A DNA stretch of 64,000 nucleotides from Candidatus Latescibacterota bacterium (GTDB lineage: Bacteria; Latescibacterota; UBA2968): contig OZ244028.1 in assembly GCA_965214925.1 (NCBI GenBank), forward strand, positions 2,361,960 to 2,425,959, given 5' to 3'. Of this stretch, positions 49,715-62,120 are shown one piece after another (position 1 is the first letter of the stretch; each line of letters opens with the position of its first letter). The position numbers and the translations under genes are program-made. The notes below the pieces were generated by a model that was not told the origin of the DNA, did no database searches, and worked only from the letters and a program-made list of their open reading frames with translations.

Positions 49715-50959
49715 TTACTTCATGCGTTCCAGCACGTCCTGTAACTTTTGTCGCGCGGCCTCGGCTTCTGTACGCCCATCGTCAATGGGATGTTCTTCCA
49801 GTTCATCTGCCACAACGTCGTACAGATCGCCCGTATCGTAGAGTTTCCAGCGCGTATCCTGCGCCCATCGCTTCAAATAATAGCCCACTTTGCCCCATCC
49901 GGGAAGCGGATCGTGATGGGCAAAAATCCACTCGCGCGGCGTGCCGGGCTCGCCCTTTAGCTGCGGCAAAAACGACACCCCATCAAACGCGTCATCCTCG
50001 GGCAACGACGCGCCGGCCACGTCCATCATCGCGGGCAAAAAATCGCTGCAATCGATCAAGTCACCACACACAGCACCGGGGGGAATCGCGCCCGGCCAAC
50101 TGGCAATAAGGGGCACCCGCGTGCCCGCATCGGTTGAAAGTCCCTTGCCGCCTTGGAACGCGCGGCCATCGATGGTCGAGGTCACTTGACGCGGCGACCC
50201 ATTATCGCCCAAAAACAAGAGCAAGGTATTCTCTCTCAGACCGAGTTCATCCAACTTATCCGCGATGCGCCCGATCACCACATCCATATACGCCACCATG
50301 TCCGCAAAATATTTCACACCGCTATCGCGCGGATTTTCAGGCCAGATCGCACTGTGGGGCGTGGGTTCAAACGGGCCGTGGGTCAGCACCATGGGGTAAT
50401 ACACGAAAAACGGGTCATCCTTGTGCCGCTCGATGTAATCGCAAATATAAGCCGCAAAAATATCAGGCCCGTATTTGCCCGCTGTATCCGCTAAATATTT
50501 CCCATTTTGTCGAATCACCGGATCGGCATACCGCGACCCCTTATCCTCGGTGTGTTCGGTATGCCACAAGCAATATTCGTCAAACCCCGACGCTTCGGGC
50601 CGCTGGCCTTTGCCGCGCCATTCGGGTTCAAAATCCGGCGGATTATAACTGTACATTTGCCACTTGCCCGCAATACACGTTTGATACCCGGCGTCTTTCA
50701 TCAGATGCCCAAAGGTTCGCTCATCGGGGTCCATCACCCCAAAAGCTTTCCAGTTGCGAAAATTGTATTTGCCCGTCATCAACTGCAAGCGCGTCGGCGT
50801 ACAAAGCGGCAGGGCATAGGCATGGTCAAAACGCATCCCCCCTTGGGCCAAACCATCGAGCACGGGTGTTTGATACGATTTGCCCCCATAACAGCCCAGG
50901 CATTCATAGCCCAAATCATCGGCCAGAATTAGGATGATATTTGGTTTATCAGAAGTCAT
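49715..50959 (-). CDS. Sulfatase (Cys-type)
   Basis: PNIILILADDLG, CTPTR, GKW, GDNG. Confidence 0.93.
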   Translation of the reverse strand: MTSDKPNIILILADDLGYECLGCYGGKSYQTPVLDGLAQGGMRFDHAYALPLCTPTRLQLMTGKYNFRNWKAFGVMDPDERTFGHLMKDAGYQTCIAGKWQMYSYNPPDFEPEWRGKGQRPEASGFDEYCLWHTEHTEDKGSRYADPVIRQNGKYLADTAGKYGPDIFAAYICDYIERHKDDPFFVYYPMVLTHGPFEPTPHSAIWPENPRDSGVKYFADMVAYMDVVIGRIADKLDELGLRENTLLLFLGDNGSPRQVTSTIDGRAFQGGKGLSTDAGTRVPLIASWPGAIPPGAVCGDLIDCSDFLPAMMDVAGASLPEDDAFDGVSFLPQLKGEPGTPREWIFAHHDPLPGWGKVGYYLKRWAQDTRWKLYDTGDLYDVVADELEEHPIDDGRTEAEAARQKLQDVLERMK

Positions 50960-51002
50960 AGAAATCACCTTTCAAAGTCAGCGGTCAACCCGCCCCTCTC
51001 AT

Positions 51003-51740
51003 CTACATAAACATCCCGCCATCGACCATGAGGGTCTGCCCCGTGACTAGGCTCGCGTTGTCGATCAAAGCATACGCTACTTCTGCAACATCCTCTGGCG
51101 TTGCCACGCGGCCCAAAGGGGTATTGTCGCCATATTTCTCGACATGATCCAAATGATCGGCCACCCATCGCGTAAGCACAACACCTGGCGCAATGCCATT
51201 GACGCGCACCTCGGGCGCGAGCACGCGAGCGAGCGATTTGGTCACACTGATGCCCGCCGCCTTTGACGCTGCATAAGCAATGGAACTGCCCATGCCCGTC
51301 ACACCTGCCACAGAGGTGATATTTACAATACATCCCCTGTTGTCCTTCAAAGCGGGCGCGGCCGCGCGCGAGCACCGAAACAAACCCACCACATTCACAT
51401 CCATAATTTCAAACCAGTACGCGTCTTTCAAGCCTTCCAAATCATCGAGATCGACAAAATGCGTCATCCCCGCGTTGTTGATCAACACATCCATGCGTCC
51501 AAAGCGGTGCAGCGTTGCCTGCATCATGTCCCGCACGGCCGCATCATCTGTCACATTCGCCCGATAAACCATCGCCTCGCGTCCCAAAGCCGCCACATTC
51601 TTTTGGGTTGCTTCGGCATCCTCCTGTGACCGCGAATAATTGATCACCACATGCGCGCCTTCTCGCGCCAGCCTGAGCGCGCATGCGCGGCCAATACCCG
51701 TGCCGCCTCCGGTAATCACAGCGACTTTATCCGCCAACAT
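51003..51740 (-). CDS. Short-chain dehydrogenase/reductase
   Basis: TGGGTGIG, NNAG, YAASK. Confidence 0.92.
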   Translation of the reverse strand: MLADKVAVITGGGTGIGRACALRLAREGAHVVINYSRSQEDAEATQKNVAALGREAMVYRANVTDDAAVRDMMQATLHRFGRMDVLINNAGMTHFVDLDDLEGLKDAYWFEIMDVNVVGLFRCSRAAAPALKDNRGCIVNITSVAGVTGMGSSIAYAASKAAGISVTKSLARVLAPEVRVNGIAPGVVLTRWVADHLDHVEKYGDNTPLGRVATPEDVAEVAYALIDNASLVTGQTLMVDGGMFM

Positions 51741-51751
51741 AATTTCTCCTT

Positions 51752-52891
51752 TTACAATGTCCCAATCCGCTTCTTCTCAAAAAATTTCCAATCCCATTCG
51801 ACACCCCATCCGGGGCCGTTGGGTGGTGTCACGAGGCCGTTCTCGGGCCGTGGGGGATTGAGCAACCCAATTTCACGACCGCGCACATCCCGAGACCCTC
51901 CGGGGAAAAATTCATAATAGCTCGTATTCGATATGGCACAAACCAGATGGGCATGCACCAGGCCGAACAATCCCCCTGGTCCGTTGAGTTCAATATTTGT
52001 ACCGTGCATCTCCGCCAAATGTGCCAATTTCAGAACCGCTGTTGTACCCACCCGCGCGTTGGCGCGCAGGGCATCGGTCGCGCCAGAAATAAGCCACTGC
52101 GCGCTCAAATCGACATCGTGCATCATGGTCTCGGGCGCCAACACGGGCACGTCCAGCGCAGCGCACAAACGCTGCAAGTTCTTTTGATCGCGGTCGGGCA
52201 AGGGTTCTTCAAACCACCCAAACCGCAACTCCTCGAGAGTCTTGCCCACCCGAATCGCGTCGCGCAATGTGTAATCGCACCCCGCGGCATCGTGCAAAAT
52301 ATCGACATCATCCCCCACGGCATCGCGCACCGCCTGAAAACACGCGATGTTTTCATCTGCCGTACCGTTGAAATGATCCTTCACCGCGACAAATCCCCGT
52401 TCCACCGCGTTTGTCGCATCGGCTACGGCCACTTCTTTTGAGCCACTTCTGAAATTGTAGTACGCCGGGCAATTGCCCCGCGATCGACCAATTAGACTGT
52501 GAACGGGCAATCCCGCGACCTTGCCGACGATATCCCACAGGCAATTGTCAAACGCGCCAAACCAACCGGGGCGCGCGAACATGCCGCGCGTGGCTTTGTG
52601 CAATTTCTGGGCGAGTACTTCGCGATCAAACGGGTCTTCGCCAATCGCCAGCAACCGCAATTGCGCCAGATCTTCGGGACGCATCGTCGCATATCGCGCA
52701 TCGCCCACTGTGGTCACGCCTTCAAAGCCTTCGTCGGTTTTCACGTGCAGAACGTGTATGTGCTCGGTTGACGGCCCCGTTCCTCGGCGTTCCCATCGCT
52801 TGCGAGCACCCGCTCCGGTTTGTTCCATCTGAAACTGCCCCGTATTGGCGGGCAACTCAAAGACCGAAATCGCGATCGCCCGAATTTTCAC
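51752..52891 (-). CDS. Mandelate racemase/enolase superfamily protein
   Basis: DNCLWDIVGK, HD, WFEEP, PE metal ligands, P.GPGWG. Confidence 0.87.
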   Translation of the reverse strand: MKIRAIAISVFELPANTGQFQMEQTGAGARKRWERRGTGPSTEHIHVLHVKTDEGFEGVTTVGDARYATMRPEDLAQLRLLAIGEDPFDREVLAQKLHKATRGMFARPGWFGAFDNCLWDIVGKVAGLPVHSLIGRSRGNCPAYYNFRSGSKEVAVADATNAVERGFVAVKDHFNGTADENIACFQAVRDAVGDDVDILHDAAGCDYTLRDAIRVGKTLEELRFGWFEEPLPDRDQKNLQRLCAALDVPVLAPETMMHDVDLSAQWLISGATDALRANARVGTTAVLKLAHLAEMHGTNIELNGPGGLFGLVHAHLVCAISNTSYYEFFPGGSRDVRGREIGLLNPPRPENGLVTPPNGPGWGVEWDWKFFEKKRIGTL

Positions 52892-52909
52892 GGCTATCTC
52901 TCCTGTCTA

Positions 52910-53554
52910 TCAAAACAAACTCCTGCGCCCATACGCCCTGCAAATGGGGCACTGACGCGGCTCGTGCCCCCTTGCCGGGCAATATTCTCGTCCAAAAAAG
53001 ATAATTTGCAAATGCAGCCGATTCCAAATTTCTGAGGAAAAAATGCGTTTCAAATCGCGCTCGGTCTGCACCACATTCTTGCCATTGGACAATCCCCATC
53101 GGTGGGCGAGACGGTGAATATGCGTATCGACGGGAAATGCCGGCACACCAAAAGCCTGGGCCATCACCACCGACGCGGTCTTGTGTCCCACGCCGGGCAA
53201 TGCCTCGAGGTCTTCATAACACTGGGGGACTTCGCCGCGGTGTTTGTCCAGCAAAATTCGAGACAAATCGCCAATCGCCCGCGCTTTGCGAGGTGCCAAT
53301 CCACACGGACGGATAATGCCTTCGATTTCTTCGACCGACAGTTCGACCATTTTCCTCGGCGTGTCTGCTTTTGCAAAGAGAAATGGCGTCACTTGATTGA
53401 CCCGCACATCCGTACACTGCGCGGACAACAAGACCGCGATCAGCAAGGTGTAAGAACTCCTGTGTTGCAGTGACCCTTCGGGATCGGGATACAAGTCGTC
53501 CAAAATCCGGGCAATCTCTTTGGCTTTTTCGGCTTTACTCAAACGCTTTCCCAA
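52910..53554 (-). CDS. nth: Endonuclease III
   Basis: LLSAQCTD, LPGVGHKTA HhH, VDTHIHR; TTG start after GGAGGA. Confidence 0.94.
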   Translation of the reverse strand: MGKRLSKAEKAKEIARILDDLYPDPEGSLQHRSSYTLLIAVLLSAQCTDVRVNQVTPFLFAKADTPRKMVELSVEEIEGIIRPCGLAPRKARAIGDLSRILLDKHRGEVPQCYEDLEALPGVGHKTASVVMAQAFGVPAFPVDTHIHRLAHRWGLSNGKNVVQTERDLKRIFSSEIWNRLHLQIIFFGREYCPARGHEPRQCPICRAYGRRSLF

Positions 53555-53683
53555 ATTATCCTCCAGTTGGCAGCAATTGGTCACAGCGATCATTGCAATT
53601 CAACAGTGAAAATCAAAAAGCGGCATGGGGTTCATGCCGCTTCTGTCCTTGCACATGGGATGGAATCGCCGCGGGGAAAGGCT

Positions 53684-54880
53684 TTACGGCACCTCTTCTT
53701 CTCCACTGCCCATGGGATTGCGGATGCGATCAATCTGGTCTTCGCAATATGTTTTGTATTGGCGATGCCCAACCCCTTTTTCGTAGTGTGCAACGGCTCT
53801 TTCTTTTTTCCCGAGCTCGCGATAGCAATCGCCCAGGATGACATTGGCGGGCACGCGCCATTGGGACGACGACAGGGCCTTTTTGGCGTGAACAATGGCT
53901 TTTTGATATTGTTTGAGTTCAAAATACGGCACGGCGATCCGATAGTTCGCCTCCGCGGTGCTCTTAATGCCCAGTGCTTTTTGGTAGGCAACAACAGAAT
54001 TTTTGTACTGTTTGGCATCTGAATAGGCTTTGCCCAATGCCGTGTGAACCTTTGCATTTTGGGGATCGACCTTTGCCGCCTTTGAAAGCACGCCAATCGC
54101 TTTGCTGTTTTGCTTCATGCGCTGATAGACCCCTGCCAGTTTCAGCCGAGACGTTGTATCTTTTGCATCGGCCTCAATGGCATTTAAATACGCCCTCGCC
54201 GCACTGCTGTTTTTGCCGGTCGCAGAAAAAATATCTCCCAAAACGCGATGGGCTTTGCCATAGTCTGGCTTCAGGTCAATGGCCGTTTCGAGTGCTTCCC
54301 GCGCAGCATTGATACTGCGGGCATTTTTATGCGCCAATCCCAAATTGAAAAATACGGTGGCGTCCGAAGGATCGATTTGCGTGGCATTTTCAAACTGAGA
54401 CGCTGCGGCCTTGTAATTGCGCCGCCTAAACAACGCGTTCCCCTCTCGAATATGGGCTGCCTTCAAGAGTTCTTGTGCTTTGCCTGCTTCAAAATGGGGA
54501 TCAATCGTCAGCACCTTTTGGATGCTGGCCTGGGCACCTGTATAGTCTTTGGTCTGCAATTGCAATTGGCCCAGATCAAAATAGGCAGATGCGTAGTCCG
54601 TCTTAATTGTGGTCGCCATCTTATACGCTTCGACCGCGTCTTTGTAATTGCGTAGCTTTTGATAGGTCTTGCCCATCGCGCGATAGGCCTGTGCGTTTTT
54701 GCCGTCGCTGTTGACAGCCTCTTCAAAGGCTTCGAGTGCTTTTTGATAGAGTCGCTTTTTGAATAGCTCCTGCCCAGCATTATACTTTTCGGCCGATTCT
54801 GGACTAACACCTTGTGAAAGGGCAGAACTAGCCATCAACACAGACAGTGAAAGCATCGCAAAGAGAGAACGCATTCGCAT
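53684..54880 (-). CDS. Secreted tetratricopeptide repeat protein
   Basis: Signal peptide, many TPR-like 34-aa repeats. Confidence 0.88.
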   Translation of the reverse strand: MRMRSLFAMLSLSVLMASSALSQGVSPESAEKYNAGQELFKKRLYQKALEAFEEAVNSDGKNAQAYRAMGKTYQKLRNYKDAVEAYKMATTIKTDYASAYFDLGQLQLQTKDYTGAQASIQKVLTIDPHFEAGKAQELLKAAHIREGNALFRRRNYKAAASQFENATQIDPSDATVFFNLGLAHKNARSINAAREALETAIDLKPDYGKAHRVLGDIFSATGKNSSAARAYLNAIEADAKDTTSRLKLAGVYQRMKQNSKAIGVLSKAAKVDPQNAKVHTALGKAYSDAKQYKNSVVAYQKALGIKSTAEANYRIAVPYFELKQYQKAIVHAKKALSSSQWRVPANVILGDCYRELGKKERAVAHYEKGVGHRQYKTYCEDQIDRIRNPMGSGEEEVP

Positions 54881-55044
54881 GAAAAATCTCCTGTATTTTG
54901 AACGTTTACACAGACTTAGAATTTGGATAATCGCGACCTATATATTGAGAAATTTCGGCTTATGTGTCAAGCATTGTTTGCACATGAAACAAAAAGGCCA
55001 TTGCCCGCGCTGCACAATGGCCTTCTCGAAATCGAGTTTCCACC

Positions 55045-55692
55045 TCAGTTCAACCGGAAAGAAATCGGCTGCGTCATCCAAACGGAAACCGGTTTGTCAT
55101 TTTGCTGGGCGGGCTTGAACCTAAATTGCAAAATCGCATCAATCGCTGCCTGCCGGAAAATTTCTTGACCTTTAAGCACGGTCACGTTGCTGACCCGACC
55201 GGTCTTATCGACCAAAAACTTCAAAAACACTTTGCCCGTCAACCCGGCTTTGCGGGCGATTTCGGGATAGACAGGGGCGACTTGGTGTACGAGTTCTGGC
55301 TTTTGCTCAACCATATAAAACTCGAGAATTTCTTCTTCTTCCTCATCTTCGCCCGGTGGCGGTGGCGGCGGCATATCGACCATTGCATCGTCAAAATCGA
55401 GATCTGTGCTCTCAATGGTCACATCGTCGGGCACCTCATCGCTCTCGGTTTCAAGTGGCACAGCAGGCCGCGGCGGGGGCGGCGGGCGTTTGATCTGCTG
55501 CGTTTCTGGAATATCCACCGTTTCAATGATGATCTGTTTCTTCTGGCGATTGCTCGCAGAGGCTTCAAAGGTTGGAAAAAGCACAGCCACGATCGTGTGA
55601 AAAATAAATGTGATCGCCGTGCAAATTCCAAAGACCTTATTATAAGCGCGTCGCAAATCGGCTTCTGGCGCTTTGTCTCGAATCATTGCCAT
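55045..55692 (-). CDS. tonB: Energy transducer TonB
   Basis: N-terminal TM helix, Pro-rich linker, YPEIARKAG..G.V, FKPA. Confidence 0.92.
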   Translation of the reverse strand: MAMIRDKAPEADLRRAYNKVFGICTAITFIFHTIVAVLFPTFEASASNRQKKQIIIETVDIPETQQIKRPPPPPRPAVPLETESDEVPDDVTIESTDLDFDDAMVDMPPPPPPGEDEEEEEILEFYMVEQKPELVHQVAPVYPEIARKAGLTGKVFLKFLVDKTGRVSNVTVLKGQEIFRQAAIDAILQFRFKPAQQNDKPVSVWMTQPISFRLN

Positions 55693-55696
55693 GGGC

Positions 55697-56104
55697 TTAC
55701 CCCTCTCGGTTAGTCGCAAAGTTGATGCGCAGTGCATCGGCTTCGCGCAATTCTTCCATTACCCTGCTGATCAGTCCATAAGGCGCGCGGTAGTCGCATT
55801 TGAGCGACACGACCATGCGAGGATCTTTCACGCGGCGTTGATAGAAAATCCCGGCCACTTGATCGATGTTGGCCAACTTGTCGTCAATATAGATCTTGCG
55901 ATCAGCAGAAACCCACAAATAATTAATGTGACGGCGTTTCTTGAGCTCCTCAATTTTTTCGGCCTTGGGCATAATAATGCCCGTCACGCGGAAGCGAACA
56001 AAAACCGTGGAGACCATAAAAAAGATGAGCAGCAAAAACGTAATGTCGGCCATAGATCCAGTAGGGATACTCTGCGCGATACTGCCTTTTTTTTTGAAAT
56101 TCAT
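55697..56104 (-). CDS. exbD: Biopolymer transporter ExbD
   Basis: SMADITFLLLIFFMV. Confidence 0.9.
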   Translation of the reverse strand: MNFKKKGSIAQSIPTGSMADITFLLLIFFMVSTVFVRFRVTGIIMPKAEKIEELKKRRHINYLWVSADRKIYIDDKLANIDQVAGIFYQRRVKDPRMVVSLKCDYRAPYGLISRVMEELREADALRINFATNREG

Positions 56105-56119
56105 AACAATCTCCCGAGT

Positions 56120-56524
56120 TCACTCACTGGGCGAGGCGAGCGAAATTTTATCCGCGCCCGACAACTTGATCTCGTCGAGCACGTCGATGAATTTCTCGTA
56201 AGGCGTTTCTTCGTCGGCCTTTAATGAGATGATCAGCTTGTCGTTTTGCGCCAATCGCTGCTCAATATCCGCCCGAAGCTGATTCAGCGGTATATTTTGT
56301 TCCAAATTGATGAGAATCTCCCCATCGATATTGACCCAGATGTTGCAAATGTTCTTCTTCTGGATTTTCTTGGACTCACCCGCTGGCGGCAAGTGCATCC
56401 CGATGCCCTTATCTTGGTTCATCGTGGTGGTCACCAAAAAAAACACGAGCAACAGAAACACGATATCCGCCATAGATCCAGTGGGGATTTCAGGTGAAGA
56501 TTTTTCGCGTCGCTGAAGGGCCAT
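56120..56524 (-). CDS. exbD: Biopolymer transporter ExbD
   Basis: SMADIVFLLLVFFLVTT. Confidence 0.9.
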   Translation of the reverse strand: MALQRREKSSPEIPTGSMADIVFLLLVFFLVTTTMNQDKGIGMHLPPAGESKKIQKKNICNIWVNIDGEILINLEQNIPLNQLRADIEQRLAQNDKLIISLKADEETPYEKFIDVLDEIKLSGADKISLASPSE

Positions 56525-56527
56525 GGT

Positions 56528-57148
56528 TTATTCCTCCTTGCCGTAGCCCAACTGAATCAGGTCATCGACAAACTGATTGGAGCTTTCCTGGAGATCGATG
56601 ATGATCTTGTCAATTTTTGACAGGAAGAAATTGTATGCAGCCTGTACCGGAATCGCAACCACCAGACCCGAAGCCGTGGTAATCAGCGCTTCAGAAATAC
56701 CCCCGGCCACGACACTGGGATCGACATCGCCAGCAGCGGCAATGTCGTTAAACGCGCGGATCATCCCCGACACGGTGCCCAAGAAACCAACGAGGGGTGC
56801 GAGGTTTGCAACTGTGGAAAGCCACACGAGCCCGCGCTCGAGAAACGCCATCTCAATTGCACCGGACTCCTCAATTGATTTTTCCACATGTTCGATGCCG
56901 CGGTCCAAACGCAACAGCCCCGCGTGCAGCACCGTGGCAACCGGCCCGCGCGTATTGGAACACAGTTCGGCAGCACCTTCCGGCCCATTTTGCTTGAGGG
57001 CATCCTGAAGTTCCACCATAAATTCTTTGGCATTGATGTGCGCCTTAAACAAGGTCCAAAAACGCTCGATAATCACCACAATACCAAAAAATAACATCAC
57101 CAGCAACGGATACATAAAGTTTCCGCCCTTAACAAAAAGATCAACCAT
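56528..57148 (-). CDS. exbB: MotA/TolQ/ExbB proton channel
   Basis: APLVGFLGTVSGMIRAF, ISEALITTASGL. Confidence 0.92.
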   Translation of the reverse strand: MVDLFVKGGNFMYPLLVMLFFGIVVIIERFWTLFKAHINAKEFMVELQDALKQNGPEGAAELCSNTRGPVATVLHAGLLRLDRGIEHVEKSIEESGAIEMAFLERGLVWLSTVANLAPLVGFLGTVSGMIRAFNDIAAAGDVDPSVVAGGISEALITTASGLVVAIPVQAAYNFFLSKIDKIIIDLQESSNQFVDDLIQLGYGKEE

Positions 57149-57201
57149 GCCACATCTCCCGAGTTAGGTTTACGAAAAATAAATAAAAAAATAACATCCA
57201 C

Positions 57202-58413
57202 TTAACGCTTGCCCTCTGTTTTCACCTCCTCCTTTTTCTTTTTACTGCCTTCAAAAAATTCCCGACGCTTCTTTTCTTCTTCTGTCAGGGGTGGATCGAG
57301 TGTTTGAATCCTCGCGTTGGCATTGTGCTTCCACTGCGGATCTTGCAATGCCCTTCTATACCATGTCAACGCGTTGATCGAATCTCGCTTGGCACTTGAC
57401 TTTTTCCATTCGTCAAAATAGTGATCACCCATCATAAAGGGATATTTGCCATTTTTTCCATCTTGTTTCAGCCCCTTTCTGACCCACGTGAGGCTGCCCG
57501 TCAAATCCGCGAGTTCTTCGATCACCGCCAAATTATTCGGCTGACTGACATGCAATTTTTTGAGCCGATCCACGAGCCAACCCTTGGTTTTTCCCACCTT
57601 CTTGCCCACCTCAATGGTTTTTTCCAAAAAGAAAACACTTGAGACATCGTTTTGATACAATTTTTCATAAGCTTCGAAGGCCAGATCGTCCTCGCCCCTT
57701 CTCTGATAAAAACCCGCCAATTTTTCCAGCGTGGCGTAATCATCGGGGTTGATCTCCAGCACTTTTTCCATTTCGGCCAGGGCTTCGTCCTCGCCGCCTG
57801 TGTGCAGATGCAATTTGCCAATCATATCCCGCACTTCGGGATCATCGGGGGCCAACTCCCCCCACTTTTTGGCGTAATCCAATGCCTTTTCAAAGTCTTC
57901 AATTTCAACATTCAAGCTGACCAGCGCGTGGTAATATTTGATTTTTTCCTCTGCCTCGAGGTTGAATGCCAGCAGTGCTTCATAGTGCCCCATGGCTTTT
58001 TCGGGCTGTTCCCGTATAATATATATGTGGGCCGATGTGCTGTGTGCCGCCTTGTTGTACTTGCTCTTGGGTTCGAGCTCAATGGCTCTTTGATACCAAA
58101 CAATGGCATCCTCATATCTTTCGGTTTGATTGTACAACTTGCCCAGGCGTCGGGCAGTGGTTGCCCTTTTGGGATTATAAGCCCACGATTTCAGCAACTG
58201 TGTTTCGGCATCTTCATATTGCCCACTCTTGAGATATCGGTCGCCAAAAGACAAATGCCGACTGGCCGTTTTGATGGAATCTTCCTTTGTCATCTCGGTT
58301 CCGCCATCTTGGGCAAAACAAAGCGACCCAGTGCCCAAAAAAGAAAAACCGCACAGCAAAGCCAGCATGTCCGATCGGAATTTCAAATTCAAAATCATGA
58401 TCCCAATCTCCAT
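57202..58413 (-). CDS. Secreted tetratricopeptide repeat protein
   Basis: Signal-like N-terminus, TPR-like repeats; start uncertain. Confidence 0.8.
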   Translation of the reverse strand: MEIGIMILNLKFRSDMLALLCGFSFLGTGSLCFAQDGGTEMTKEDSIKTASRHLSFGDRYLKSGQYEDAETQLLKSWAYNPKRATTARRLGKLYNQTERYEDAIVWYQRAIELEPKSKYNKAAHSTSAHIYIIREQPEKAMGHYEALLAFNLEAEEKIKYYHALVSLNVEIEDFEKALDYAKKWGELAPDDPEVRDMIGKLHLHTGGEDEALAEMEKVLEINPDDYATLEKLAGFYQRRGEDDLAFEAYEKLYQNDVSSVFFLEKTIEVGKKVGKTKGWLVDRLKKLHVSQPNNLAVIEELADLTGSLTWVRKGLKQDGKNGKYPFMMGDHYFDEWKKSSAKRDSINALTWYRRALQDPQWKHNANARIQTLDPPLTEEEKKRREFFEGSKKKKEEVKTEGKR

Positions 58414-58768
58414 ATTTTTCAGGGTGGAAACTCGCAAAAAACAATACGCATATCAGAGCTTTCGTTTCCAGTGAACAATATACAATCCCTTGCAAAAGGG
58501 CGATATGCTTCACAGTTTAAGGATGAAGAATCTAACGAATGAAAAAAATCCTGTCAAGCCAAAATCCACTTCGCCACTTGTCAATATTAAACGAAATACG
58601 CCCCTGCAGAGTTCCCATATATATCCAACTCTGCAACAATTGGTTATGAGAAACGCCGAAGCTTTCATTCTCGCGAGTTGAGATAAATAATACACGGGGA
58701 AAACATATCATCAGGAAAAATCAGTGTCAACCCCTTTTCTTAGAGGCCATGCGAACCAAACGCTGTTA

Positions 58769-58797
58769 TTGACAAAATAAAAGAGAAGCGATATATT
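58769..58797 (+). promoter_or_regulatory. sigma70-like promoter ~230 bp upstream of guaB
   Basis: TTGACA-N17-TATATT. Confidence 0.6.
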
Positions 58798-58949
58798 TGA
58801 CAAATCCGACATGCACGATGACTTGGAGCGCGATATGCCCCAAAAGTTGACCATGTGTTGTTGCCACAAAAAACTGCTGTTTATGCCTCCGCCGGGCCTT
58901 AAAACGGCGCGTGTGGCTCTGTGTGTGCCATCCGACTGAATCCCCTTGA

Positions 58950-60509
<1,560 letters not shown>

Positions 60510-60724
60510 GCTGTGTTGACATGTCATCGCAATGCGATGATCGTGGCGATAGGCGTTCACAATTTGCCACAAAAGCTGTTCTGCCCCTCGCGATCACCAA
60601 AGAGGTTTGCGGTGGCAACGCCAGCCTTGCGTCATTTCGGCATCTGTTAGAGGCAGAGGAGAAGCGATTTCCCGATGCCTGGCAAGCGATAAGCACGGTG
60701 TAACACCATCGGATTTGCCCGCAT

Positions 60725-60762
60725 AAAAAACCGCTCGCTAGAACTTCTAAAGAGCGGTTTTT
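60725..60762. terminator. Bidirectional intrinsic terminator
   Basis: AAAAAACCGCTC...GAGCGGTTTTTT. Confidence 0.75.
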
Positions 60763-61079
60763 TGCTGTGGTGATAAATGTTGCGACAGGATTGGGCACAA
60801 ACTCCAGTCTAAGTCGTATCCTCCTTCCTCTCGCTCCCCAAACAAATCGCCGCCTCGGGCGAGCAATCCCACCACATCGCGCAGCACGAGCACATCGTCT
60901 GCCAGCAACTTGGCAAATGGATCTTCGGGCACATACTCTACAACCCGTTGCAAATTGGGTGTTTAACCCTACAGCGAAACCAGATCGAAGACAAAGCGCG
61001 GACAGGACGTAACTGTTTTTTTTATTTCCGAAAAAATAACCATAATTCTCATCTGGTAATCATTTTTTCAGGACATGCT

Positions 61080-61214
61080 ATGGCAAAACATCAAGTCTAT
61101 AAGTTCGCTGGGTATGCGGCACTGATTGAGCGGTACGACCTCGACGTCATCATCACCTCAGACAGCCCACGATCCCCAACTCGGATTTGCTCGCCATCAA
61201 AAAGCCGTTTATGA
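61080..61214 (+). pseudogene. N-terminal remnant of a Fic-family protein
   Basis: AGYAALIERYDLDVI resembles the start of long Fic proteins; frame ends soon after. Confidence 0.5.
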
Positions 61215-61220
61215 CCGATA

Positions 61221-61266
61221 AAAAGCCCGAGTTCACTGCGAACTCGGGCCTGTGTTTTGTGACAAA
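61221..61266. repeat. ~45-bp hairpin-containing direct repeat (second copy ~62608-62652)
   Basis: CCCGAGTTCA(C/T)TGCGAACTCGGGC(C/T)TGTGT(T/C)TTGTGACAAA. Confidence 0.85.
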
Positions 61267-61443
61267 AAAAAGAAAACGCCCTATTGAAAAAAAGCCGGGG
61301 ACTAACCCCCGGCTCAGATGTGTTTTCGGTTGTAAGACAAAAAATATGGTCTTAATCTCCAGTTGTGAGTCAGTGCAGGATTTCAAGTAAGATCTCCACA
61401 ATTTGCTGATTAAGACATACATGGTTTTCAGGTTTAACTTTTG

Positions 61444-62010
61444 CTATTTATCCGCGCCACCAAGTCTAATGCCAAGACCAAAAATGAACAAGAACTCATT
61501 ACTGGCATTATCAAACCATCGTCGATACCGCCACTCCGTGCGAAGGACAAGCGCAGAGCCTATACGCCACTGATAACCCAGACCGGCTCCGGCGATGAAA
61601 TCAGTCTCAGTATCGGAAGCTAAATTGTTAGAGCCTCGAAACACATGGAGAGCACCTTGCCCCAGCACATAGGCACCAGACATTGCGTTGCTTCGGAAAA
61701 AGAATGCGGTCTGACTGCCAAGATAGAGGGAAGATAAGGTAATATCATCATCATCTGCTGATGTAATCCCAAAACTAAATTCCGAGCCCATGATCAGCTT
61801 CTCACTTGGAAACCACGAAATGTAGATCAGAGGAAGCGAAGGACTGATTACACCCCCACTTGGCAAAAAAATTGAAGTGATACTCTCGCCCTCTGAAGAC
61901 AAGTGAGAAACCCCAAACAGCGTTCCGATTTCAACACCAACACCCTGCGATTTGGAGGGAATAGCAAGCATTGCCAAGGCCAACACGGCCAGTTGTGACA
62001 ATCTCATCAT
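61444..62010 (-). CDS. Outer-membrane beta-barrel protein
   Basis: Signal peptide, alternating beta strands, GAGLGYQW, LRTEWRY. Confidence 0.72.
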   Translation of the reverse strand: MMRLSQLAVLALAMLAIPSKSQGVGVEIGTLFGVSHLSSEGESITSIFLPSGGVISPSLPLIYISWFPSEKLIMGSEFSFGITSADDDDITLSSLYLGSQTAFFFRSNAMSGAYVLGQGALHVFRGSNNLASDTETDFIAGAGLGYQWRIGSALVLRTEWRYRRWFDNASNEFLFIFGLGIRLGGADK

Positions 62011-62120
62011 GATCTCATCTCCTTTGTTATGAGTTAGCGTAGAACTTCCAGTGTGGTCGCTCTAACTTACTGCTGCTTAAAACTGCGATAATTTGAACTG
62101 CTGGATCTGCGATTTCACTG

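Noticed and set aside
60747-60953. 68-aa - strand ORF
   Set aside because: May be a gene fragment, but I cannot assign a family or a credible start.
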